Assembly (NCBI GenBank): GCA_963848295.1
Contig: CAWKDB010000010.1
Coordinates: 4,224,001 to 4,288,000, forward strand
DNA length: 64,000 nucleotides
Reading direction: 5' to 3'
Origin: an uncultured delta proteobacterium
Lineage (GTDB): Bacteria; Myxococcota_A; Polyangia; Haliangiales; Haliangiaceae
This document shows, piece by piece, positions 1 to 9,852 of this stretch. The notes below the pieces were generated by a model, which was not told the DNA's origin, made no database searches, and saw nothing but the letters and a program-made list of their open reading frames with translations. Position 1 is the stretch's first letter. Each line of letters starts with the position of its first letter. A program made the translations under genes and the position numbers.

Positions 1-1129
1 CCGGGAACGCGAGCGCGTTGTTGATCGCGCGCCCGTCGGAGGCGAGCGCGGCGCCTGACGCGAGCGCGAGCTTCGGGTCGATCTCGGGGCCGGGATTCGA
101 AAGCGCGAAGATGATCTGCCCGCGACGGACGTGCTCGGCCTTGATCAGACCGGGACACCCCGTCGCGGCAACCACGACATCAGCCTGCGCCTGCAGGTCG
201 GGGAGCGTGACGAGGCGAGCACCGACACGCTCGCCACGAGCTGCTGCGGCGGCGTTCGGGTCATGGGCAACCACTTCCCCGACCCCGAAACGCCTCACGA
301 GGCCTGCGATCGCGGTCCCGGCTGCACCGAGCCCGATCACACCGATGCGCGCAGACTCCAGCGGTAAGCCGACCGTACGCGCGGCGACGATGATCGCCGC
401 GAGCACCGCGGTGGCGGTCCCGTGTTGGTCATCATGGAAGACAGGTTTGTGAAGGAGCTCGGTCAGGCGGGCCTCGATCTCGAAGCATGCGGGCGAGCTG
501 ATGTCCTCGAGATGGATCGCCGCGAGCCCTGGGGACACGCGTACGACGGTGTCGACGAACTCGTCGACCGTCTTGACGTCCAGGACGAGCGGGACCGCCG
601 AGAGATTCGCGAACTTGTCGTAGAGCACCGCTTTGCCCTCCATCACGGGCAGCGAGGCCAGTGGCCCGACGTCGCCAAGTCCGAGCACCCGGCTGCCGTC
701 GCTGAAGATCCCGACTGCGTGGCCGCGCCACGTCGTCGTCCACGCGAGGGCCGGCTCGGCTTGGATCGCTCGCACGACTCGCGCGACGCCCGGTGTGTAG
801 ATCGTTCGCAGATCGCGAACCGTCTCGAGGTTGAGCCGGCTGGCGATGCGGATCTTGCCGCCGCGGTGCGCCTCCATGACGCGATCGCGCGTCGACAAGA
901 CCTCGACGCCCGGAAGCAGCCTGATCGCTGCGATGATCCGCACCACCTGGTCCGCGGTGTCGGTCTCGACCGTGATCTCGCGTTGCGTGTGTTCGTCGCC
1001 GACGCGAACGGTGACGATCTCGCACAATAAACCTCGGTGGTCGGCGATCGCCGCGGCGACTCTCGAAAGAGTCCCGGGTTCGTGCTTCAGCCGAACTTCG
1101 AGGACGGTATCGATGCTGCTGCTCTTCAT
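1..1129 (-). CDS. NAD(P)-dependent malic enzyme with N-terminal ACT domain (runs off window start)
   Basis: Read by hand (absent from ORF track): MKSSSIDTVLEVRLKHEPGTLSRVAAAI (ACT), IYTPGVARV, DGSRVLGLGDVGPLASLPVMEGKA, FHDDQHGTA; ATG overlaps the upstream stop (ATGA). Confidence 0.9.
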   Translation of the reverse strand, partial: MKSSSIDTVLEVRLKHEPGTLSRVAAAIADHRGLLCEIVTVRVGDEHTQREITVETDTADQVVRIIAAIRLLPGVEVLSTRDRVMEAHRGGKIRIASRLNLETVRDLRTIYTPGVARVVRAIQAEPALAWTTTWRGHAVGIFSDGSRVLGLGDVGPLASLPVMEGKAVLYDKFANLSAVPLVLDVKTVDEFVDTVVRVSPGLAAIHLEDISSPACFEIEARLTELLHKPVFHDDQHGTATAVLAAIIVAARTVGLPLESARIGVIGLGAAGTAIAGLVRRFGVGEVVAHDPNAAAAARGERVGARLVTLPDLQAQADVVVAATGCPGLIKAEHVRRGQIIFALSNPGPEIDPKLALASGAALASDGRAINNALAFP

Positions 1130-1767
1130 CGCGATGCCTCCGCGACTCGCCGGTCCGTCGGTTCCGACGTCTTGATCCACAGCTCGATGCGATCGAACCC
1201 GAACGATTCGGCGAACGTGCACTCGTAGCCGGAAGGGGGCGCCGCGCCGAGCCCGTGGTAGGTCACGACACGCGTGCCGATGCGAGCGTCGGCAAGCCGC
1301 TCTTTGGTGCCCGCGACATTCCAGATGAAGTTGAGCGGATTGAATCCGACCGTCTCGTCGATCACCCGCGTGCGGTCGAACAGCTGCTCCGCGAACGGGT
1401 TGAAGAAGTAGAAAGCGTCGTACTCCGACCAGTCGAGATCGAGCGCATGTGCTTCGATAAACCGGACGTTCGACAGCGCGGACCGTTCGGCGAGCTCGGT
1501 CGCGAGCCGGACCAAGTGCGGCCGATATTCGACGCCCACGAACTCGGAACCGGGGACGGCTCGCCCCGCGACGATACAGAACTTGCCGGGCCCTGCTCCG
1601 ACATCGAGGACGCGCATCCCAGCGCACGGAGCGAGAAGGAATGCGGCACAGCGCGCAACCCGAACCGGTGTGAAGTGGATGTTTGCTTTGCGCTGAAGGC
1701 TAGCTGGGAGCTGCTCGTCGAAGCCCGCATCATCGGTCCATGGCACGCGCAGCCACCGTGCACGCAT
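1126..1767 (-). CDS. Class I SAM-dependent methyltransferase
   Basis: VLDVGAGPGKF motif I, FVGVE, YFFNPF. Confidence 0.85.
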   Translation of the reverse strand: MRARWLRVPWTDDAGFDEQLPASLQRKANIHFTPVRVARCAAFLLAPCAGMRVLDVGAGPGKFCIVAGRAVPGSEFVGVEYRPHLVRLATELAERSALSNVRFIEAHALDLDWSEYDAFYFFNPFAEQLFDRTRVIDETVGFNPLNFIWNVAGTKERLADARIGTRVVTYHGLGAAPPSGYECTFAESFGFDRIELWIKTSEPTDRRVAEASR

Positions 1768-1966
1768 TGGACCAGAGCGCGATCGGCACCAAGCGCGACG
1801 AGTGGTTGGCGCGGACGGAGCTCGACTGCAAGCGAGTGTGCGCCGACGACATAGTGACGTACCGTTTGACCCTCATGGGGCCTCATTGCGACGCGGCGTC
1901 GTCGCATGAGGTCGACACGTGGCATTTCCCGCCATGTGATCATGCCGGTACGAGGAGTCGGCGTGG

Positions 1967-2000
1967 ATTCCGCCCGGTCGGGCAGAGTTTGGGGCAGAGC
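1967..2000 (+). repeat. Dispersed repeat copy A (putative integrase arm-type site)
   Basis: ATTCCGCCCGGTCGGGCAGAGTTTGGGGCAGAGC, near-identical to 8013-8046 and 9767-9800. Confidence 0.75.
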
Positions 2001-2109
2001 GAATCGCGATGGCTGAACGAGCGAGAGCGACCTGCCGGAAGGAATCGGCATCGATGGGCTGCTCGGCCTGAGCTTTCTCCGTCGTTCGTCGCAAGGCATC
2101 GAAGTTTCA

Positions 2110-3267
2110 TTAGAGCGCGAGCCGGTGGACCGTACCGGAGCTTCCGTCGTCGGTCGCCCACCACAGCGCGCCTCCCGCCACGACCATGTCCGTGATCGGC
2201 GACGGCGAGGTGATCAACGTGGTCGTCGTCGCGGCGGCCTTGTCGTACGCGACGATCTGCGACGCCTGCTCGCCGCGCGCGACCCAATACACGTGGTTGG
2301 TATCGGCCGCGAGCTCCACGATGGGGGTACTCACGCTGCTGGTGCCGATGACCACGGGCGTGCCGCCGGCGACCGGCGCGCTCCGCACGGCCGTCGTTCC
2401 GTCGAAGGATCCGCTGGTGTCCGAAACCCAATAGACCGTGTCGTCGTCGGCGGCGACCAGATGCGGGGAGAGCGCATACCCGCTCGCGGTGAGCCCCGCG
2501 GTGGCCACCGTGGCGGGCGAGCTAGCGGACTTCGCGACGGCGAACAGCCCGTGCTGTGCGACCGCGAAGATCGTCGAGGTGTTCGCGCCGAGCGCGATCG
2601 CGGGATCCGTCCCGTCCAGGGTTCCGATCGTGACGGCATCGCTCGCCGAATCGCGCGCGCTCCTCACGACCACCGGTTGCGAGCTGGCAATATCGAAGGT
2701 GCTCCAGTAGATGTCGCTCGCATCGGTCGTATACACCACCGAAGCTTGGGCCTCGATCGCGTGGCTGGACGTGACCACGGTGGCACCGACCGGCACCTCT
2801 TCGACGAGCCCCTCGAGACCTTGCCCCTGCTCGTCGAAGAACCACTCACCGCCGTCGAACACGGGGCACGTCGCCCCGATCGCCGTCTCGAATCCGGGCA
2901 GCAGGCCGCCGCCGCTTCCATCGATCGGCACGAGGCGAAGCGACCCTTGCGCCTCGCCGGTCGCGGCCAGCACGTCGTCTGCCGACACCGCGATCATCGG
3001 TCCTCCGAGCCGTGTACCGGAGGCGCCGAGCGGAAACGAGGTGACCTCGACGGCCGAGCACGTTCCCGCGCTGCACGTCCCGCCGACGCAGTCGTGCCCG
3101 CACGCGCCGCAGTTGTGTGGATCGTCCGAAGTGGGCGCCGCGCACGATGCGTCGCCGGAGGTCTCGCGACCTCCGCTGCAGGCAGGGACACTGAACAAGA
3201 CGCCGGCGAGCGCGACGCGGACAAAGAAGCTCGTGGCGAAAGACAGGACAAGCGACGCCATACTCAT
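2110..3267 (-). CDS. Lipoprotein with Cys-rich repeat and beta-propeller-like C-terminus
   Basis: Signal/lipobox VPAC; DPHNCGACGHDCVGGTCSAGTC; repeated D-x-x-[IV]YW blades. Confidence 0.7.
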   Translation of the reverse strand: MSMASLVLSFATSFFVRVALAGVLFSVPACSGGRETSGDASCAAPTSDDPHNCGACGHDCVGGTCSAGTCSAVEVTSFPLGASGTRLGGPMIAVSADDVLAATGEAQGSLRLVPIDGSGGGLLPGFETAIGATCPVFDGGEWFFDEQGQGLEGLVEEVPVGATVVTSSHAIEAQASVVYTTDASDIYWSTFDIASSQPVVVRSARDSASDAVTIGTLDGTDPAIALGANTSTIFAVAQHGLFAVAKSASSPATVATAGLTASGYALSPHLVAADDDTVYWVSDTSGSFDGTTAVRSAPVAGGTPVVIGTSSVSTPIVELAADTNHVYWVARGEQASQIVAYDKAAATTTTLITSPSPITDMVVAGGALWWATDDGSSGTVHRLAL

Positions 3268-3770
3268 ATGAACCTTCGGTTAAGTAGAAGTTCGATGACT
3301 AGACGAGACTGGGAGCAACGGAGCGCCGTTCGGCGTGCTCAGCGCGATGATCGCGCCGTCGCGCACGAGCTGTGCGCGCGAGGTGATGGTCCAGATAGCG
3401 CCATCGGGCGCGAGCGCGACGTCGTCCGTCGCGGCTGCCGGGATCGCGGTCGCGGTGATCGCCGAGCTGCCTTCGGCGGCCACGCGCGCGTAGGCGAGGA
3501 CGAGCGCGCATGCGGTCTTCATGCCCGCGCACGTTAGCGACGGCGACCTGCGACGTCGACGAATAGTATCGGCCGCCGCCGCGCGCGCCTGAGAGATTGA
3601 GAAAAAACGCTGAGGGCCTGCGTATGAACAAGTCGGTTGGTGTCCCGCGGGCCACCATCATCCGACGATGGGTCGGGTCGGACCTGCTAAGCGTTTCCGG
3701 ATGCCGTGATCGCGGCAAGCGTGCGGTGTTGTCGCTCTAGGCGCCGTAGTCCGCTGTGCACCCATTCGCC

Positions 3771-3817
3771 TTGCCTAACATATGGTGTCGCTATATAAAT
3801 AGTTTTAATAATGAAAC
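3771..3817 (+). promoter_or_regulatory. Sigma70-like promoter and imperfect MarR-type operator
   Basis: TTGCCT..TATAAA in an AT-rich patch; GTTTTAATAATGAAAC (12/16 palindromic) overlaps the ATG. Confidence 0.5.
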
Positions 3818-4245
3818 CATCGCCACCGCTCGGATCCATGGTCGCTCAGTTCATGCGCGCGATGCACCGGTACGACGCCGGCCGCACGCTGCCGCTCCTC
3901 CACGCCGCAGCCGTGACCACGCCGCAGCTCGCTGTGCTCGAGTTCGCTCGCTCGCCTCGGCTGGTGTCTGAGGTCGCCGATCACCTTGGGCTTTCGCGAC
4001 CGGCGACGAGCCAGTTGGTCGACAAGCTGGCGCGCCGCGGCCTGGTCCGCCGCATGCTCGGCACCGAGGATCGGCGGGAGCGTCACGTCATCACCGCCGC
4101 GAAGGGCCGCGGGCTGCTCGTCCGCGTCACGGCCGCGCGTGCTGCGCGGTTTCATGCGTCGCTCGCGGCCATACCGCGGGACCTCGCCGAGCGGCTCGCG
4201 GCCGTGCTGGCGGAGGTCGTCACCACCTTGGAGAGATCGCCATGA
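3811..4245 (+). CDS. MarR family transcriptional regulator
   Basis: VSEVADHLGLSRPATSQLVDKLARRGLVRR..EDRR winged HTH. Confidence 0.9.
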   Translation: MKPSPPLGSMVAQFMRAMHRYDAGRTLPLLHAAAVTTPQLAVLEFARSPRLVSEVADHLGLSRPATSQLVDKLARRGLVRRMLGTEDRRERHVITAAKGRGLLVRVTAARAARFHASLAAIPRDLAERLAAVLAEVVTTLERSP

Positions 4246-5093
4246 CGCCAGGCCGCTTCCTCCTTCTCAACCTCGCGTTCGCCTTCTACAACGTCGGCAC
4301 GATCTGGGCCCACGAGGTGGACATCTTCCGGTCGTGGCGGCTGCTCGACGCCACCGACTTCGGCCGCATCCAGGAAGCGCACTGGCGGAAGCTGCCGTAC
4401 TGGGTGTTCGCGCCGGTCGGGCTCGCGCTCGCTGGCTCGTTCGCGCTCGTCTGGTACCGCGCACCGGCCTGGGAGACCTGGCCGGTGTGGTGTGCGATCG
4501 CTTGTCAGCTCGCCGCCCATACGCTGACCGCGGCGTGCTGGGGACCTTGGCAAGCCAAGCTCGCGAAAGACACCGCAGGCCCGAACAGCCGCTACCTCAC
4601 GCGCATCCTCGCCACGCACTGGGCCCGCACGCTGCTGATCACCGCATCGGCGCTGGTGTTGCTCGGGTGGGCAGTCGATGTGATGGCGTCGCCGGCGATC
4701 CCGTTCCTCCCCCCCGCTGCGGTCGTTACCGATGCTGGCCGACCGCCCGCGCAACGCTTCCACCTCGCTGGCCGCGTCACCAACCCCTCCGGCAAGCACG
4801 CGGTGTTCGTCGCTCTCTGGCAAGCGGATGGCTTCCTCCAGCGCCCAGCCGACGGCGTCCGAATCGAGCCGGGCAAGCCCGCGGCCTACCGCTTCGACGT
4901 CGCGCGCGGCAGCTGGGCGCTCAGTGCGTTCGAGGATACGAACGACAACGGCCAGCTCGACATGGGGGTGTTCGGGCCCAAAGAGCCGAGCGGGTTCTGG
5001 CGTCGCTTCACCGGCTGGCATCGCCCGTCCTTCGACGAAGTCGCCACCAAGATAGACCGCGACGTCGACCGCGCCGACATCGAGTTGCGCTAG
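4242..5093 (+). CDS. Membrane protein: 4-TM DUF1772-like N-terminus fused to DUF2141-like domain
   Basis: Four hydrophobic helices, then GSWALSAFEDTNDNGQLDMGVFGPKEPSGF. Confidence 0.65.
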   Translation: MTPGRFLLLNLAFAFYNVGTIWAHEVDIFRSWRLLDATDFGRIQEAHWRKLPYWVFAPVGLALAGSFALVWYRAPAWETWPVWCAIACQLAAHTLTAACWGPWQAKLAKDTAGPNSRYLTRILATHWARTLLITASALVLLGWAVDVMASPAIPFLPPAAVVTDAGRPPAQRFHLAGRVTNPSGKHAVFVALWQADGFLQRPADGVRIEPGKPAAYRFDVARGSWALSAFEDTNDNGQLDMGVFGPKEPSGFWRRFTGWHRPSFDEVATKIDRDVDRADIELR

Positions 5094-5170
5094 TTTCAGC
5101 GGGTGCGGACCCGTCCTCGCCGACGCACAGCTTCGAGTCGTGCGGGTGGGGCGCCGTCTCTGCGAATCCC

Positions 5171-6190
5171 CTACTGGATCACGGTGTCGCAGCCGAGCGC
5201 GATGTTCACCGAGCCGCTCGCCTCGACGGTGCCGCAGGTCGAGGTGCACAGGAGGATCGCGGTCGGGTTTGCGGGGTTGTCATAATACCAGCCATCGCCC
5301 ATCGGGGGACACGCGGCCTTGTTCGGCACGTTCGGGATCGTCGTGGGCTGACCGCCGCTAGGCGTGTAGACGACGTTCACCTGCATGAAGTTCGGCGTGC
5401 CATCCGCGGGGATCGGAATCTGGTACGTGCACGACGAGCTGTTGCGGATCGCGTTCATCGCCGCGAGGAACTGCGTGTTGACGTTGTTGTTGGTGTCGAC
5501 GATGAACGCAGACGTCGTCCCGCCGGCGGCCGCGATGCCGTTGAGGTTCGACAGCGACGAGCCGACGCCGATGACGAACGTCGCGACCTTGGGGGTCGCG
5601 TCGAACCCCGCCTTCGCGATCGCGTCGATGTCGGTGAGGTTCGTATCGCACTCCTCGGGGTCACCGTCGGTGGCGAACACGACCGCGGAGATGTGGCCGG
5701 GGTGCGCGGTAGCCCAGCTGCTCGCGTGATCGATCGCGCCTTGCAGCGCTGCCGAGGTCGGCGTGCCGCTCGTCGGCGAGTGCGCGCCGATCGAGGCTAC
5801 CAGCGCCGTCGAGGCGCCCGGCATCGGCGCGATCTCGACCGCGGGTGTCGCGTACTCGCTCGCGGTGCACGAATCGTTGTCGAGCCCAAAGTACTGCAGC
5901 CCGATGGAAACGCCGGTCAAGCTGGGCTGCGACAGAAACGACGTCAGCGCGCCCGTGACCGCCGCCCACTTCGTGACGCCGCCGGAGACGATCTGCGACA
6001 TCGACCCAGACTGGTCGAGCATGATGTAGAGATCGAGCGGACTCTTCGTCGCGGTCACCGTCGCGCTCGCGCACGAAGCTGCATCGGCGGGGCGACCATC
6101 ACCGCCGTTGGCGTCGGTGCTCATGCCGCCATGCGCCGTCGGACCGCACGCGCAGCAAAGGATGCTCAGCAGCAAGCTCGATCTCGACAA
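5171..6190 (-). CDS. VWA-domain lipoprotein (myxobacterial type)
   Basis: MIDAS LDQSGSM, TPT, ATDG; lipobox-like CCACG; TTG start preceded by GGAGG. Confidence 0.85.
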   Translation of the reverse strand: MSRSSLLLSILCCACGPTAHGGMSTDANGGDGRPADAASCASATVTATKSPLDLYIMLDQSGSMSQIVSGGVTKWAAVTGALTSFLSQPSLTGVSIGLQYFGLDNDSCTASEYATPAVEIAPMPGASTALVASIGAHSPTSGTPTSAALQGAIDHASSWATAHPGHISAVVFATDGDPEECDTNLTDIDAIAKAGFDATPKVATFVIGVGSSLSNLNGIAAAGGTTSAFIVDTNNNVNTQFLAAMNAIRNSSSCTYQIPIPADGTPNFMQVNVVYTPSGGQPTTIPNVPNKAACPPMGDGWYYDNPANPTAILLCTSTCGTVEASGSVNIALGCDTVIQ

Positions 6191-6459
6191 AGCGCCCTCC
6201 AGCCTTGACGATCCGCAACGTATGCTCGCTGCTGCGCGGGCGGAACAAACAGCTGTTGGCCTGTGCGAGTCGGTCGGTTCTCTATGTTTTGCGCTTGTTG
6301 CGCTGGGGCAATCGACCGCGTACCCGAGTTGCGGGTCGCCCCGGTCTTCGCCGCGGACTCCACGCGCGAACCGCCGGCTCACATCGCGACCGCGAGTCGG
6401 ACCAATCAGGAGGTACCGACGACATGAACCCGTCGCCGTACGAGCAGGACCTCGAGCCG

Positions 6460-7125
6460 CTACAACCGCTGGTCGTCGGCAGTGAACGAGCCACTCGTGA
6501 ACAGCACGGCGCTTCCCGTGATCTGGTCGACCCCTGCGATCGCCCACGAACCAGTGGCCTGAAGCGCACAATCACCCGCGGGTGACTCGCCACCCGCGCA
6601 CGCGAGCCGATCGATCTCGATCTGGCCCGCAAGCGTGATCGGCTCGGTGAGTTGGGACGAGCCCGCGGTGTACACCGAGCGCGGGCAGGGATCGGCTGGC
6701 GCGTTCGCGTCAAGCGTTGCGCGCTGGTAGAACATCGTCGCTGCGCCCGCACGCGCGTCGAGTACCTGCGCACCTTCGCCGATGCCGTCGATCACGATGT
6801 CGCTGCCGGCCACTGCCGGACACGCGCCGGTTGCGGGATCCGGATACGTCGGCGCCGTCATCCAAGATCCGACGCGTATCGTCAGCACATCACCGGTGCG
6901 GAACACCGCGAGGCAGCACGCTCCGGACGTCGTCGGATCATCAAAAACCGTCGAGGACGTAACGTCCTCGACCATCGTGCCGTCTGGCGTCGCGTAGCTG
7001 AAGTGGTAGGCGCCGGACAGCTCGATCTGCGATCCGAACGTGTCCGGTCCGGCACAAGCCGCGAGCCCGATGCAAACGAAGATCGCGGCGATCTTGCACG
7101 AGTTGATCATATGGAAATCGTGCAT
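6460..7125 (-). CDS. Hypothetical lipoprotein
   Basis: Lipobox LAAC; coherent 221-aa ORF; start uncertain. Confidence 0.6.
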   Translation of the reverse strand: MHDFHMINSCKIAAIFVCIGLAACAGPDTFGSQIELSGAYHFSYATPDGTMVEDVTSSTVFDDPTTSGACCLAVFRTGDVLTIRVGSWMTAPTYPDPATGACPAVAGSDIVIDGIGEGAQVLDARAGAATMFYQRATLDANAPADPCPRSVYTAGSSQLTEPITLAGQIEIDRLACAGGESPAGDCALQATGSWAIAGVDQITGSAVLFTSGSFTADDQRL

Positions 7126-7909
7126 CGGTCTGATTCGGTCGGCACATCCCGCGGATGAAGCGAACGTGAAGCCGAAACTTTGCCGGAAATGTCCGGCCGG
7201 CGGCAGATTGGAACGCGACGATGATCAATCCTTTGACCGCATCAGTCACCGCCATGTGGCGGCCACAGGATTGGCTACCGCCCGCGCATTGCGACAGGAC
7301 GTCATGGCCAACGATGCGCAGACCGGGCATGCGCGCCGGCCTATCGACAGCGTCAAGCGCTGGGCAAGTCGCGCGCAACGCGATTACCGATTCGGGAAGG
7401 AAGCCGCCCGAGATGGTCGGCATCTCTGGACCGGGAATGAAGCGCATGCTGCAGCGCGGCCCGCTCGCAGTTGCGCGACCTGTTCGCCCGGTGGTGCGAG
7501 TTCGCGGTGGAGGCGCGCGAGGTAAGTGAATCGCCGCGGATTAGTCGTGCTGAGCGGCGGCAAGCAGGCGGCTAGCGAATAACGACGACAACATCGGGCG
7601 AAGCGTCCCCCAAACATCGCCGCGTAGGGTACGAGCGGCATTTTGAGTCCGACATTCGCGAACCCCGTATACATCGCGTTCGCGAGCTTGCCGTCGAGGT
7701 GCGAGCCGGTGAGGTACGACTCTTCGGTCGGTTCCGTCGGCTCACGACGGCCGCAACGATCCCGGCGAGCACCGCGATCAGCCCGAACCACGTACGCACG
7801 TTCTCGATCGCGGCCCACATGCTCTAAGGCGACACCCTGAATCGTTCCCCAACCCATTCCCCGTCCCCCGGGAGCGAGCACTCGGCTCCGAATTCCCCCC
7901 TGTTATTAC

Positions 7910-7930
7910 GTGGAGATTAGGGGGATCGAA
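7910..7930 (-). repeat. att-like copy 3 of tRNA-Ala 3' end
   Basis: GTGGAGATTAGGGGGATCGAA identical to 36505-36525. Confidence 0.85.
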
Positions 7931-8012
7931 GTCTCCCGGAACGCCAATGTTGACGAGCCCTTGCAGCGCTTTCAACAACCTGCGTTCCGGGTGATTACGA
8001 TGGGTCGGGGTC

Positions 8013-8046
8013 AATTCCGCCCGGTCGGGCAGAGTTTGGGCAGAGC
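8013..8046 (+). repeat. Dispersed repeat copy B (putative arm-type site)
   Basis: AATTCCGCCCGGTCGGGCAGAGTTTGGGCAGAGC, with internal GGGCAGAG direct repeat. Confidence 0.8.
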
Positions 8047-8062
8047 TTTTTGGCGAGGCGGA

Positions 8063-8965
8063 TCAGCGTCTCGCCCAGAGCCACTTGGCTGGATCCCAGG
8101 TGGTGACCGGCTCGGTTGCTAGGACCGGATCGAGAAAGCTTTGCGCGGCGGCCGAGACGTCGGCGAGTGTCGCCCACGACAATTGATCTTCGCGCGCTAG
8201 CGCGGCGTAGGCCGGCGCCCATGTAGCTGGCGGGTCGGGCAGGGCACTCGGGACTGCGTGTGTTGCCCGGAACCTGAAGGTTTGTTCGAGGGCGCCGCGT
8301 AAGCGGGCGGCATCGATCGCGCGGCTGCCGGCGAGTAGCGCGAGGTCGGGCAGGTCCTTGATGCGAGAGTTGGGGCGCTTCCGCGGCAGCGTGTACGCGT
8401 GAAGCTTCTCGGCGATGTGCGTCTCGATCGGGTACACGCGCATGGTCGGCGGCGAGATGCCGGCGAAGCCGAGCACGTCATCGGCGACGAGTAGATCGGC
8501 GTCGCCGAACATCGGATCGCCGAACGCGATGTCGACGCCGAAGCGCTGTCCGTAGAGCTTGCCGGCGAGCCGACACTCCGTGCGAAAGCGGAGCCCGTCA
8601 TACTTCATGCCTTCAGCCTCGATCTCGGGATGTCCGGCATCGGGCGCGATCTCGAACGTCATGAAGTCACCAAGGTCGTAGCGAGCTACCCGCTGGAGTT
8701 GTAAGAGCAGGTCATCGGGCGAGCCCACGAGCCGAAGGTCGACGTCCTTCGTCGTCCGCGCTCGTTCGATGCGCAGCTCGAGTGCAACCCCACCCTTGAG
8801 TGTGGCGGCGTCGCCGAACACCGCTGCGATGCGCGCGAGGAATCGGTGGAACACCAGAAGCTGTCGCGTACGCGCGACGATCGCATCCTTCGGCGTTCGC
8901 GCACGGACGCGATGCTCCAGCGCCTCCTTGAACGCGGCCGGGTTTTCATACACGCGCGCGGTCAT
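8063..8965 (-). CDS. abiEii: AbiEii/AbiGii-family nucleotidyltransferase toxin (type IV TA)
   Basis: LKGGVAL..R.TKDVD, AEKLHA, NSRIKDLPD motifs. Confidence 0.9.
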   Translation of the reverse strand: MTARVYENPAAFKEALEHRVRARTPKDAIVARTRQLLVFHRFLARIAAVFGDAATLKGGVALELRIERARTTKDVDLRLVGSPDDLLLQLQRVARYDLGDFMTFEIAPDAGHPEIEAEGMKYDGLRFRTECRLAGKLYGQRFGVDIAFGDPMFGDADLLVADDVLGFAGISPPTMRVYPIETHIAEKLHAYTLPRKRPNSRIKDLPDLALLAGSRAIDAARLRGALEQTFRFRATHAVPSALPDPPATWAPAYAALAREDQLSWATLADVSAAAQSFLDPVLATEPVTTWDPAKWLWARR

Positions 8966-9543
8966 GCCGCGAGCCCGCCAAACCCTCGCAGCGCCTGCCG
9001 CACGTTGGTCAGCTCGTCCTTCTTCACGAGACCGCGTCGGAGGGCTTCATGCGCGGCTTGCCGGAGCATGTCAGGCGCGAGCTTCGCGCGTGCGCAATCC
9101 GCGAGGGTGCGCCCGGGTGACGTGGCAGGAACTGCGCCGAACCACATGCGTTCGCGCTTCGGCACGTCACCGTGGTGAACGATCACGTCGGGCGGCACGC
9201 GCAGTCGCCGTGCGTTCCAAGCCGTCGGCAGCGACAGATGTGCTCGGGCCGGCAGCGTATCGGAAAGGCCTTGAAGCGCGAGCGCGGTCTGGTGCGAGAA
9301 CACGCCCTGCTTGCCCGACCACAACCAGGCGACCACGAGCTCTTCGTGCTCACTGCTCGGGAAATGAACGAGTCGGTATACGCCGCGCCGCGGGCGCGAC
9401 ACCCGGCCCGCGTGGATGTGCTTGAGCAGCAGCTGCGACGAGAAGCCGGCGCTGGCCGCCTCTTGAGTGGTGACGTAGCCTTGCTGGGCGCTGGCCAGTT
9501 CGTAGAGGCGGTCCCAGTTTGGTCCCGAAGCGGTCACACACAC
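8962..9543 (-). CDS. abiEi: AbiEi-family antitoxin / regulator
   Basis: LASAQQGYVT..RGVYRL, VFSHQTAL, TSPGRTLAD; 4-bp overlap with toxin gene. Confidence 0.9.
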   Translation of the reverse strand: MCVTASGPNWDRLYELASAQQGYVTTQEAASAGFSSQLLLKHIHAGRVSRPRRGVYRLVHFPSSEHEELVVAWLWSGKQGVFSHQTALALQGLSDTLPARAHLSLPTAWNARRLRVPPDVIVHHGDVPKRERMWFGAVPATSPGRTLADCARAKLAPDMLRQAAHEALRRGLVKKDELTNVRQALRGFGGLAA

Positions 9544-9569
9544 AACGTAACCCTGGGTTTAGTTTCGTG
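9541..9569 (-). promoter_or_regulatory. Imperfect inverted repeat upstream of abiEi (candidate autoregulatory operator)
   Basis: CACAACGTAACCC-T-GGGTTTAGTTTCGTG. Confidence 0.4.
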
Positions 9570-9766
9570 CAACCAGCCATCTGCTCGACCAATTCAGGGT
9601 TGAGACGAGGATTCGGATCTCGACACTTCCGCTCGGAAGCGGATCGAAGGAAGGCGCCCGCGGACTTGATTACGCGCCAGCACGATACAAACGGCGGATG
9701 GTCGCCACAAGCACGACGTCGAAGCCGGCGAAGGCAGCTGCTCTGGCGGAGACGCGCTACACACCA

Positions 9767-9800
9767 AATTCCGCGTCGTCGGGCAGAGTTTGGGCAGAGC
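9767..9800 (+). repeat. Dispersed repeat copy C (putative arm-type site)
   Basis: 31/34 identical to copy B. Confidence 0.8.
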
Positions 9801-9852
9801 GCTTCGACGGCAAGCTGAGGCTTGAGGTTCGACGGAACCCGTAATCGCAGTT

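Noticed and set aside
3280..3522. 80-aa ORF MKTACALV..
   Set aside because: Possibly a gene remnant, but no recognisable family or RBS
3986..6208. 740-aa plus-strand ORF and similar long Arg/Ala/Pro-rich ORFs (39383-41677, 43688-45607)
   Set aside because: Shadow or antisense frames of real genes in high-GC DNA
7384..7881. Overlapping short minus-strand ORFs (e.g. MWAAIENVRTW..)
   Set aside because: Could be a frameshifted remnant; no product can be supported
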